A stretch of 64,000 bases of DNA, from NCBI GenBank assembly GCA_963716175.1, contig OY970296.1:1440001-1504000 (forward strand), given 5' to 3'. The notes beneath the pieces were generated by a model. That model was not told where the DNA came from. It ran no database searches and was given only the letters and a program-made list of their open reading frames with translations. Of this stretch, positions 56,297-64,000 are shown one piece after another; position 1 is the first letter of the stretch; every line of letters begins with the position of its first letter. A program made the position numbers and the translations under genes. The stretch is from an uncultured Armatimonadetes bacterium. GTDB lineage: Bacteria > Armatimonadota > Hebobacteria > Hebobacterales > Hebobacteraceae.

Positions 56297-57060
56297 CCCA
56301 TCCCCTCTTGCCCAAGCTCAAGGAACTGCGGCTCTCCGGGATGCTCCAGAGTCTGGAGGAGCGGTCGGCGCTGGCTCAGGAGCAGCAGCTTTCCCCAGTG
56401 GAGTTCCTGGCCCTGCTGATCGAAGACGAGCTGGAGCGGCGCCATCAGCGCACTCAGGCGCGCCGCCAGAAGCAGGCCGGCTTCGAGTACCTCAAGACCA
56501 TCGCCGACTTCGACTTCGCCGCGGTGCCCACGCTCGATAGGGCCTTGGTGCTGGACATGGCCACCTGCACCTTCATCACGGCCAAGGAGAACTGGTTGAT
56601 CTGCGGCCCGACCGGCGTGGGCAAGAGCCACCTGGCGACGGCCATCGGCTACGAGGCGATCCGGCGGGGGATGAAGGTGCTCTCCTTCGCCACCCACCGG
56701 CTCCTCGCAGAGCTGCTCGCGGCGCGGGCCGACGGGACCCACCACAAGCTGCTCGCCAAGCTGGCCTCGGTGGAGCTGCTCATCATCGACGACTTCGGGC
56801 TGCGGCCTATCAGTGTGCAGGGAGCGGAGGATCTCTACGAGCTCATCGCTCGCCGCTACGAGCGCGGCTCCATCCTGCTCACCTCCAACCGCTCCCCGTC
56901 GGAGTGGACGGAGGTCTTCGGGGACGCGCTCTTGGCCTCTGCCGCGCTGGACCGGCTCACCCACCACGCCCGCCTGACCGTGATCACCGGCGAGAGCTAC
57001 CGCCAGCGCCATCGCCGAAAGGAGGTGAAGCCGACTCCCAAACCGACGAGAAAACAGTGA
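56290..57060 (+). CDS. istB: IS21 helper ATPase
   Basis: 'GPTGVGKSHLA', 'LLIIDDFG', 'TSNR', 'LDRLTHH', 'GESYR'. Confidence 0.95.
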   Translation: MLTHPLLPKLKELRLSGMLQSLEERSALAQEQQLSPVEFLALLIEDELERRHQRTQARRQKQAGFEYLKTIADFDFAAVPTLDRALVLDMATCTFITAKENWLICGPTGVGKSHLATAIGYEAIRRGMKVLSFATHRLLAELLAARADGTHHKLLAKLASVELLIIDDFGLRPISVQGAEDLYELIARRYERGSILLTSNRSPSEWTEVFGDALLASAALDRLTHHARLTVITGESYRQRHRRKEVKPTPKPTRKQ

Positions 57061-57610
57061 TCGTCGATCACTGCCCGCAACGACCCGGAATCACGAAAAG
57101 GTGGTACCCATCAGGCGGCGGCCGGTGGTACAAATGGGGCGGCTATTGACACGCGTCAGCGGCATGGCCGATACAGCGGAGGGCGTTGCTGGGAAGCGGA
57201 GAGGCAGTGAGTCTGAGCGTGGCAGCGCGACCGCGCAACCACCGGAGTGGGCGCCCGCCAAGCTCGGCACCCCTATGCGTCGGTTGGGGGCGGCGGCCCG
57301 CATCGCACTGATTGGCACACTGCTGGCGAAGTGGTCACATGTGCGGCTGCGGTGTGTGGGAGGGAGAGGGCGCAGGGCGGCCGCGCTCGTCGAGGTTGCG
57401 GGCCGGTAGCGCGGCCAATTCGGAGACAGTCCCTGTTTTGACGGCGCGCTGGCTGTGCGCGGGAGGGAAGCACGGAAGGCGCGAGATGGTGAGGGTTGGG
57501 CTAGCACCCTGAGAGGAACGACAAGGCATCCTCGACGCGGCCGCGTCTCTGGTACCTCTGACCCACTTGATGGCACTAGCAGGGATTCAGGCCGATGCAG
57601 CAACGCGACC

Positions 57611-58783
57611 TCAGGCCCCGGGGATCTGAATGCCGCTGATCACGCCTTCGTGCCATGTCTTCCCGTCAATCACCACAGAGCCGATAGGCTCTGTATCTGG
57701 CTCAATGCCCGGATTGCCGGCGAAGGTGAGATGTCGGAGCTGCGTTACAACGTCCGACAACGTCTGGTCGACTTCGAAGGTCGAGTGGACGTTTGGGTCG
57801 AAGCGCATCCTTGCCGACAGGACACAGTCAGCCGTTGGCTCCAGAACTAGGCTTCCACACGGGATTCGCTGCCTCAACTCGAAGTCCGGAAGCAACAGGT
57901 AGTGCGGACGACCGTACTCCTGTAGCGCGTCGGCGAGGCGAAGTAAGAAGCCTAGAGGGTTAGCTTCGAAACCCAGAGTTGTACTGGCAGCATGTGAGCT
58001 GATCGCACAGCACACAAGCCACCAGATGGCGCGCTCACGGTCAGTGGCGGCGTTCTTCTCGGCATGCCGGCATATCTGAATGGAAGTGGGGAGCCCATGG
58101 TTGCTCTGACCCTTCTCGGCCGACACAAGGAACTCGCCAGCACTGAACTGCTCACAGTGGCTGCAGTGCGGCCCCGGGGCCAATCGCAGCCCGGGCATGC
58201 ACGACCCAGGCATAGCAGGCTCGTAGTACCGTCGCGCGGTATCTACAACACTCGCCGTATATGCAAAGCAGTAGCCAAGGTCGTGGAGGAGAGCGGCCCT
58301 CTCACAGGCATCGTCGATGTCACTAGAGGTCAGGACTCCCGGTACCTTGCGCACCTCCATAACCTTCTTGCACCCCGTCAGGAAGGCATCGTCAAACTTC
58401 GGGAGCAGAACGCGAATCTGGGCCATCAGTACGGCCACTGAGAAGGCATGGACAACGTGGTCTCGATACGCCTTGCTGTGGCCAAGTAGCCGGCCAAAAT
58501 AGAGTGCCAACTCGGTGTGCACAAGCTCACGTGAAAGCCGGACCACTTGTGGTGACTGGGAGAACCATTTGTGACACATCATGCATAGGGCTTCGTACGC
58601 GCCGGCTATCTCGCTGCAGCGTTCGCGCCCATACACCGCCTTGACTGCGAACTCATACTTGGGCTCCAATACCCACGGCGTCGAGGTGCCCATCATCGAA
58701 GCCAACGGACCCCCAGGCGGGGCCTCTCTGTTCTTCAGATGAAGGCAGTAGCTCACGGTGTTGTCCAGCGTCAGTGTTGCCAC
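57611..58783 (-). CDS. HD-superfamily phosphohydrolase (HD-CE-like) with an intact metal motif
   Basis: 'YRDHVVHAFSV', 'LLHDLGY', 'NHG', 'AISSH', 'LLRLADALQEYGR'. Confidence 0.8.
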   Translation of the reverse strand: MATLTLDNTVSYCLHLKNREAPPGGPLASMMGTSTPWVLEPKYEFAVKAVYGRERCSEIAGAYEALCMMCHKWFSQSPQVVRLSRELVHTELALYFGRLLGHSKAYRDHVVHAFSVAVLMAQIRVLLPKFDDAFLTGCKKVMEVRKVPGVLTSSDIDDACERAALLHDLGYCFAYTASVVDTARRYYEPAMPGSCMPGLRLAPGPHCSHCEQFSAGEFLVSAEKGQSNHGLPTSIQICRHAEKNAATDRERAIWWLVCCAISSHAASTTLGFEANPLGFLLRLADALQEYGRPHYLLLPDFELRQRIPCGSLVLEPTADCVLSARMRFDPNVHSTFEVDQTLSDVVTQLRHLTFAGNPGIEPDTEPIGSVVIDGKTWHEGVISGIQIPGA

Positions 58784-58798
58784 TTGGCCATCTCCCCT

Positions 58799-59794
58799 CT
58801 AGGTTGAGAAGACTTCCTTCTCCAGCATGTCGAGTATGGTCTGTGGTGCTATCTTGGCAATCCCTGCCGCAGTGAGCTGGGGGTCGTGCCCGCTACGGCC
58901 GCCTCCAAAGGACTGTTCCGCATCAGGGCTGATGTCCAGCATAGTGTGAGAGGCATCGGAGTGCAGCACTGTGTAGTGGAGCCTGCCGCCAAACACCCGT
59001 TTCAGATGGTCAGACCAGACCGCGTACTGGATCTCCGGTCTCTTGAAGTAGTCCTGCAGTGCGGTGAAAAGACTGCCTTCCTGGAGCAGTTCCACACCAG
59101 GACTCTGGTATGCCCGCGGCACTTTGTTGACCACGAACAGCGAACGGCCTTGGCAGCCAGGGAACTCCAATGCCATGAGGTTCACGTCGGTGTAAACTGC
59201 AGCAAAGGATGCTGGCTCCGGTACGAGAACCCAGATCAGCACCGAGTGGGCCCTCGCCTCCGTGTCGTCTAGCTGTGTGGCGCAAAGTGCAAGGTGCGTC
59301 ATGAACCCCATCCCCGGTGGACAGTCGAGGATAGCAAGATCGAATTCTCCAGACTCGCGAAGCTTGGCAATCAGTCGCTGAACACTTGCCCGCACAGAGC
59401 GCGGGTCGTACCAGATGGCCGACATGAGGTTGAGCTTCCGGTTCTTCTCGTCAATGCGGAACTCATCTCCGGCTAGTGGCGGAACCAGCCAGCCGTCGCG
59501 ACCCAGCCACGATGGGAGGACGGAGACGTTGCCGTGGAAGCCCCCGGAAGGCCGAGCCCGAGCCTTCTGCCACTGCTCACATCCTCGCGCGTAGTCAAGC
59601 AGTACCTCGTTGAGGGACATCTCGATAGACTGGACCTTCTCCAGTCCGGTCATGGCGCGAATCCCAGGACCCATCAGATCAAGCTCAATGATGACAGCTT
59701 TTCGCCCGCGTTTCGCCATACCGTCTGCTAACGCGAGGGCGAGCGTCGTCTTACCAACACCTCCTTTGGACGACACCACGATGGCCGTGTACAC
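58799..59794 (-). CDS. MinD/ParA-family ATPase
   Basis: Deviant Walker A 'SKGGVGKTT', 'ELDLMGPG', 'ILDCPPG', 'VVNKV'. Confidence 0.85.
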   Translation of the reverse strand: MYTAIVVSSKGGVGKTTLALALADGMAKRGRKAVIIELDLMGPGIRAMTGLEKVQSIEMSLNEVLLDYARGCEQWQKARARPSGGFHGNVSVLPSWLGRDGWLVPPLAGDEFRIDEKNRKLNLMSAIWYDPRSVRASVQRLIAKLRESGEFDLAILDCPPGMGFMTHLALCATQLDDTEARAHSVLIWVLVPEPASFAAVYTDVNLMALEFPGCQGRSLFVVNKVPRAYQSPGVELLQEGSLFTALQDYFKRPEIQYAVWSDHLKRVFGGRLHYTVLHSDASHTMLDISPDAEQSFGGGRSGHDPQLTAAGIAKIAPQTILDMLEKEVFST

Positions 59795-59815
59795 GACGGT
59801 ATTCCCCCTTCGCCT

Positions 59816-61900
59816 CTAGGTTAGACTCTGAGCGAGTTCCCTGCAGCGCTTCGCAAGCCGCGCCGTCAGCTCGCGCCGTGACTGACGCTCCAGCCCGTCC
59901 AAGACCGCGACTAGGCTCCTCAGAGCAGTGACCGTGGATTCTGCGAGTCGCCGTCGCACCCCTTCCTGGTGGGCCAGATTACCCAGGAAACCCCCTGTGA
60001 GCTGAAGCAAAGCGTCAACAGTTCGTTCGTCGGAGCTGCTCAGGGTGCCAACGACGCGCGTCGCTGTTCTGAGCCAAGCATCTGGGGGCGACGGCGACCA
60101 GTACATGGTGAGTTGGCGCAGGAGACGTATGGTGTCAGATGCCGGGGCTCGCTGGATGTAGGCGTTGACGGCAGGCTCCACGCACTCGTCAATGACGCTT
60201 CCTCGTTCAGCGTCCGCCGGCAACATGCGGGCAAGTATGAGGATAGCGCTCAACCGCTCTGTCTCCTGAGTCACCGTCTCGCTGCTCCCGACCCCGGCTG
60301 CAAGACGCTGGATGAGCTCTCGGAGGACTTCCTCGGGATTGTGCTCCTCCCGTACTGCGCCATGGAGAGCGATAACCAATGCCGCAAGCTCTTCAGCTAC
60401 GGCCGACCGCAGCAACTCAACGACGCGACGCCTCAAGCTGGGGCAACCTTTGCGCCCAAGCACGGTCGGCCGACCTAGTATGGTCTCTGCCGCTACGGTT
60501 TGCCAGGCACTGCTGTCATTGCACCAGTCTGTGAAGAACTCATCAGAGAGATCGGGAGGCAACTCGCAACGTCCGCTTCTGATAAGGTCTGCTATCGCAG
60601 CCGCAGCCTGCCTACCGAATGCCTCTTCTCGCTTCTCAGAATACCGTCTGGGACTAACTGCAAGCCTCACGGCGGACCGGTGCAGCGCCCTGCTGGCCCT
60701 TGCTGTCTTGACAGCCGCGGATCGCAACGAGTCCCAATCCCACGACTCGCCACTACAGAGAACTGCCGTGAGCGGGTCTGGGCTATCCTTTGGGAGCGCG
60801 TCGCACATTTCTTGTGGCGCTATGTAGTTCACTATCGCCCACTGACAGCTCGCCCGGAACAAGCTCACCGGCGCGTCATTTGCAGTCAGTAGTCTGCGTA
60901 GAACGACGACACGTTCCTGGTTACGAGTTCGGCAAGACGGCCATCGGACAAGCTGCCCCCGCGGGAACCATTGCTTGACCTGATCTTCTCGCCCAGGGTG
61001 CTCAACCCAGGAGAGCCTGGCAGAGACCCGTCCGAGTCCGACCTCAGTTGATCCCTGGCATACAGCGTCAAGGTATCGAGTCAACCACTCCTCCGCCTCG
61101 CGCCGACGAGGCTCTGGTGCCCACCACTTGACAAGCAGTCGCCAACCACCACGTTCGTCTGGCGACTCGCGCAGAACCTTGACGTCTCGAATGCATAGGT
61201 GTGGCAGCATGAGCCACTCCGGGACGGCCGGCCGCCGCCCTGCCGCCAGAGCTACCGCCTCCCAGCGATGCACGCCGGTATCCAGGAGGTTGCCGAACAC
61301 CAGCGCCGCGCCGATCAAACGACATCGGATTCGCTCAGGACGCCAGTCGTGGACCTGCGCGATATCGGATAAGGAGACCACCGTTATCAGCGACGCCAGG
61401 ACGGCCGCCTCTTCGTCAGAGAGGTTGAGGTTTGCACCATTCGCGAGGACGAAATCGGTTGCGGCACATCGCTGCTCTTCGTCTGAGCCCTCTGGGCGCA
61501 GCATGGCACCGATGTCGTGTAGATAGCAGAGGACGCCCAGGATCATGGTCTCAATCGGACTAAGGCCGAGATCCGGATCAGTGCCCTCTGGTGCCTCGAC
61601 CGAAGCCACAGCCTTCAGCGCCCGTGAGTGCTCTGCCAGGAACACATCCAGTCTGCGCGACATGGAAAGGCTGTGGCGCTGGCCGAATATGTGGCTGATC
61701 TCTGGTGGGACAGAGAGCGCTTGCGGAACGCCTTCTCCGCTGAGCCGATCCGCGAGGTACAGCTTCAATGAGTGGCTGCTGAACCAGTCATTGGCCGAAC
61801 GCCAGTCCCCACGGTCGCCCTCCTGGCGTCCCAGGCACTCGCGATCCAAGAGCCGCCGGAACAGCGGATTCTGCTCGCGCAGTGCCGCGGTTCTACTCAT
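59816..61900 (-). CDS. Degenerate HD-CE-like domain fused to a helical C-terminal region
   Basis: 'RHS', 'E..ILG..CYLHDIG', 'IRCRLIGAALVFGNLLD..R', 'H..I.DV'; start uncertain (ORF open to 62059). Confidence 0.7.
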   Translation of the reverse strand: MSRTAALREQNPLFRRLLDRECLGRQEGDRGDWRSANDWFSSHSLKLYLADRLSGEGVPQALSVPPEISHIFGQRHSLSMSRRLDVFLAEHSRALKAVASVEAPEGTDPDLGLSPIETMILGVLCYLHDIGAMLRPEGSDEEQRCAATDFVLANGANLNLSDEEAAVLASLITVVSLSDIAQVHDWRPERIRCRLIGAALVFGNLLDTGVHRWEAVALAAGRRPAVPEWLMLPHLCIRDVKVLRESPDERGGWRLLVKWWAPEPRRREAEEWLTRYLDAVCQGSTEVGLGRVSARLSWVEHPGREDQVKQWFPRGQLVRWPSCRTRNQERVVVLRRLLTANDAPVSLFRASCQWAIVNYIAPQEMCDALPKDSPDPLTAVLCSGESWDWDSLRSAAVKTARASRALHRSAVRLAVSPRRYSEKREEAFGRQAAAAIADLIRSGRCELPPDLSDEFFTDWCNDSSAWQTVAAETILGRPTVLGRKGCPSLRRRVVELLRSAVAEELAALVIALHGAVREEHNPEEVLRELIQRLAAGVGSSETVTQETERLSAILILARMLPADAERGSVIDECVEPAVNAYIQRAPASDTIRLLRQLTMYWSPSPPDAWLRTATRVVGTLSSSDERTVDALLQLTGGFLGNLAHQEGVRRRLAESTVTALRSLVAVLDGLERQSRRELTARLAKRCRELAQSLT

Positions 61901-62178
61901 CGTGGACAGGGCTTCGTCAGACAGCCCCTGTCCCGTATGTTCCACAGTTGCCTCCGCAACTGAAGAGACTCTGGGCACCCCACGTCCGGCACGGTGCCAC
62001 CGCGCGAACAACCGCCTGGATAGGGCCGCCTTTGATCTGCCGCCACATGCCCGCAGCACAGGCTCTCAGGCGTTCAGACCGCTTCTGTCTACCACTTACA
62101 GACAGCACCTTACAACCCTGCAGGGCCTACCCTTGGCCGCCAGAGTGGTTCGCCGGCCGGTGTCTGACCCCTCGCGCC

Positions 62179-62607
62179 CTAGTCGCAAAGTACGTGCCAG
62201 AGCAGGCAGCAATTGTCGCACTCTGGCCCAGCCACACCGGCGGCCGACCTCCAGTCACCGAGCGCGGTCTCGAAGCATGTCTTGGCGATCACGTCGCGGT
62301 ACAAGCCGAGAAGAGAACGAGCGGGCCGCTCGGCTTCTGGGGCGGTGCGTAGCTGAGAGAACACCCAGGAGAACACCTGCTCCATCCTCGGTGGGCGGTG
62401 GCCCAGTATGTCAGTGGCGAAGTGTTCGCGAACATGCCGGGCCACGGTTTCCAGGTCGGCTGTAAGGCCGACATTCCTCGCCCGCTGGAAGAAATCCGTA
62501 TCCGATGGCGGCCGCCTCGTGGGCGCAACCTGCCGGGAAGCCGCCTCGGCGACTGTGGCACCCGCGCCAAACACCACGACGAGCGGCCCGGCAAGAGGCT
62601 CGATCAC
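62179..62607 (-). pseudogene. Truncated SIR2-like protein (N-terminus only)
   Basis: 'VVVFGAGAT..PP.D.DFF'; ends before any TxNYD or HG motif. Confidence 0.6.
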
Positions 62608-62698
62608 AGGTCACTCCCATCCGTCGTGCGCCCTTCGAGCGCGGATGCGAGACTGGAGCTAATCGGGCGCGTTCGCCGCTCTTTGGTGACAGCCCAGA

Positions 62699-63322
62699 TC
62701 ACGATGCCGGCCGTTCCTGCCGGAGCTTGCGCCAGCCTGGGACGCTCCGAGGCACCTCTTTCCCTTCCGCCAACCAGCGGCGTCCAGCAGAGGTGATCTC
62801 CCAGACCCCTCGCTTGGAGTTGGCACTCAGCAGGCCCTCCTTGACGAGGTAGAAGCGCACAAACGCCGCCCGATTGCGCCAGGTAGGTTCGCCGCTGCTA
62901 ATCGGATGTTGGTCGTGTGGAGTGAGAGAACTCGCCATTAGCGCGCCGACCTTGCCCACTACGGCCGACTTGTCGGCGGCACCGCCCAACTCAACCAAAG
63001 CCTCCAGTATCGGTCGGCAGAAAGCCGCGTGGGGGGTTAGTAGGCCCCGCGGTGTGCGAGCGCCCTTTGCCACCTGATTGCTCTGCCGTTGGGTCTTCTT
63101 CGGACGAGCCGAGCCGGAGATCAGCCGTTTCCATTCTTTCTGCTTTGCACGCAGGTCAGCGAGGAACCCTTTGACCGCCTCGGCTCGCGCTGTGAGCGCG
63201 CGCACGGTGGCGCTATCGCCGCGTCGGAAGGCCTGGGCGCCGGCCTCGCGGATTGCCGCCAGCGCCTTAGTGACCTCGCTCAACAGCAGCTCGAATGCGT
63301 CCGCCACGTCCTTGTGTCGCAT
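62699..63322 (-). CDS. Coiled-coil plus Mrr N-terminal winged-helix protein
   Basis: 'F.RPILEALVELGG', 'D...SSGEPTWRNRAAF.R..LVKEGLL..S.RGVWEITSAGR'. Confidence 0.8.
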   Translation of the reverse strand: MRHKDVADAFELLLSEVTKALAAIREAGAQAFRRGDSATVRALTARAEAVKGFLADLRAKQKEWKRLISGSARPKKTQRQSNQVAKGARTPRGLLTPHAAFCRPILEALVELGGAADKSAVVGKVGALMASSLTPHDQHPISSGEPTWRNRAAFVRFYLVKEGLLSANSKRGVWEITSAGRRWLAEGKEVPRSVPGWRKLRQERPAS

Positions 63323-63345
63323 GGTCCCCTCTCTCTTTGCAGGTG

Positions 63346-63774
63346 TCAGGCCATCCCGGTCTCCACCCCCATCCACGCCACCAACTGGACCTCGCCCTCG
63401 TCAATGACTGGCAGCGGCTGCGGCGCTTCGTAGGGGCGGAGGCCGAGCTCGCGGACCTTCTGGACGAGGGCCCGCGAGACGCCCTGCGCGTCGAGTTCCT
63501 CGGAGTCCAGCACTTCGCGCAGTTGCTTCGCCGCGCGGCCGCCGTGAAGGGCCACCAACAGGAGGGGGACGGCCCGGCCGCCGTGGCGCCGCTTCCAGGC
63601 CTTCTGAAGACCCGCCCGGCCGGGCTGCCGCGCTGCCTCCACGATCACGACTTCCAGCGGCTGCCTTCCCTGGCCAAGGACAAGCCCGCGCGGACGCAGG
63701 CCTTCAGCCCCCTCCAGCGTCACAGGGCGCAGTTCGTGGTCAGCCAGGAACTCCGCTCGCTCACTGAACGGCAC
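63346..63774 (-). pseudogene. Chimeric remnant: N-terminus of an Eco57I-like methylase joined to the C-terminus of a helicase-like protein
   Basis: 'LEVVIVEA..P...LQKAWKRRHGGRAVPLLLV' followed abruptly by 'PYEAPQPLPVIDEGEVQLVAWMGV'; family assignment from recall. Confidence 0.5.
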
Positions 63775-63799
63775 TTGGCCGTGTCTCCCCTCTCATGCC

Positions 63800-64000
63800 T
63801 CACCCGTCCGCCAGGCCGCCATAAGATGTCGACAGTCTGGCCGGACTCTCTGGGAGCCCTGCTCTCGCTCTCATGGCGATGGGTTCACTGAGGTTGTCGC
63901 CAGTCCTGCCATACAGGACGGTCTCCGGCGCTTTCGCGTCGTCGGGCACGAAGTCGCGCAGTTCGTTCGTGGGGATGTTCGCGCGCTTGTCTTTGTGGCG
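63800..64000 (-). pseudogene. Truncated type III RM Mod-like methyltransferase N-terminus
   Basis: Reads RHKDKRANIPTNELRDFVPDDAKAPETVLY, then loses similarity and stops at 63800. Confidence 0.55.

Larger units (their letters stand above)
54561..57151 (+). mobile_element. Complete IS21-family insertion sequence
   Basis: TG...CA ends; repeated (T/G)GTACCAC motifs in both ends; 5-bp target duplication CGCGT (54556-54560 and 57152-57156). Confidence 0.93.
40879..64000. mobile_element. Putative integrative island starting at the capsid 3' end; right boundary not in window
   Basis: Convergent serine recombinase overlaps the capsid end; accessory cargo, a second recombinase, IS21 and defence remnants follow. 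Confidence 0.55.

Noticed and set aside
58799-59794. Plasmid or chromosome partition ParA
   Set aside because: No ParB, parS or rep gene; embedded between two HD-domain genes

Overview
GC-rich bacterial chromosome segment. SLH-anchored surface proteins together with outer-membrane beta-barrels suggest a diderm such as Armatimonadota (inference). 1-35 kb is mostly core or accessory DNA: two hicAB-type toxin-antitoxin loci, radC, queDC, IclR, a frameshifted GxGYxYP-like secreted protein, and a signalling cluster (two duplicated LacI-sensor histidine kinases, an Rcp1-like receiver and two diguanylate cyclases, three of the genes sharing a TTGTGGAATAAC upstream motif). It also holds larE, SLH beta-propellers, tig, tRNA-Gly and tRNA-Leu, a KaiC-like ATPase with MerR, and a TIR-NB-ARC-TPR protein. 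35.5-40.9 kb is a compact phage head module (terminases, portal, YkvA, scaffold, SU10-type capsid). Its capsid gene is frameshifted and apparently cut near the 3' end by a large-serine-recombinase island. The island (40.9 kb to beyond the window end) carries secreted/envelope cargo, a tyrosine recombinase with a dif-like site, a complete IS21 and a ClpP-fold protease. It also contains a tight three-gene operon (degenerate HD-CE, MinD/ParA ATPase, intact HD) among decayed SIR2, Mrr and restriction-modification remnants, which is the best candidate for an undescribed defence system.
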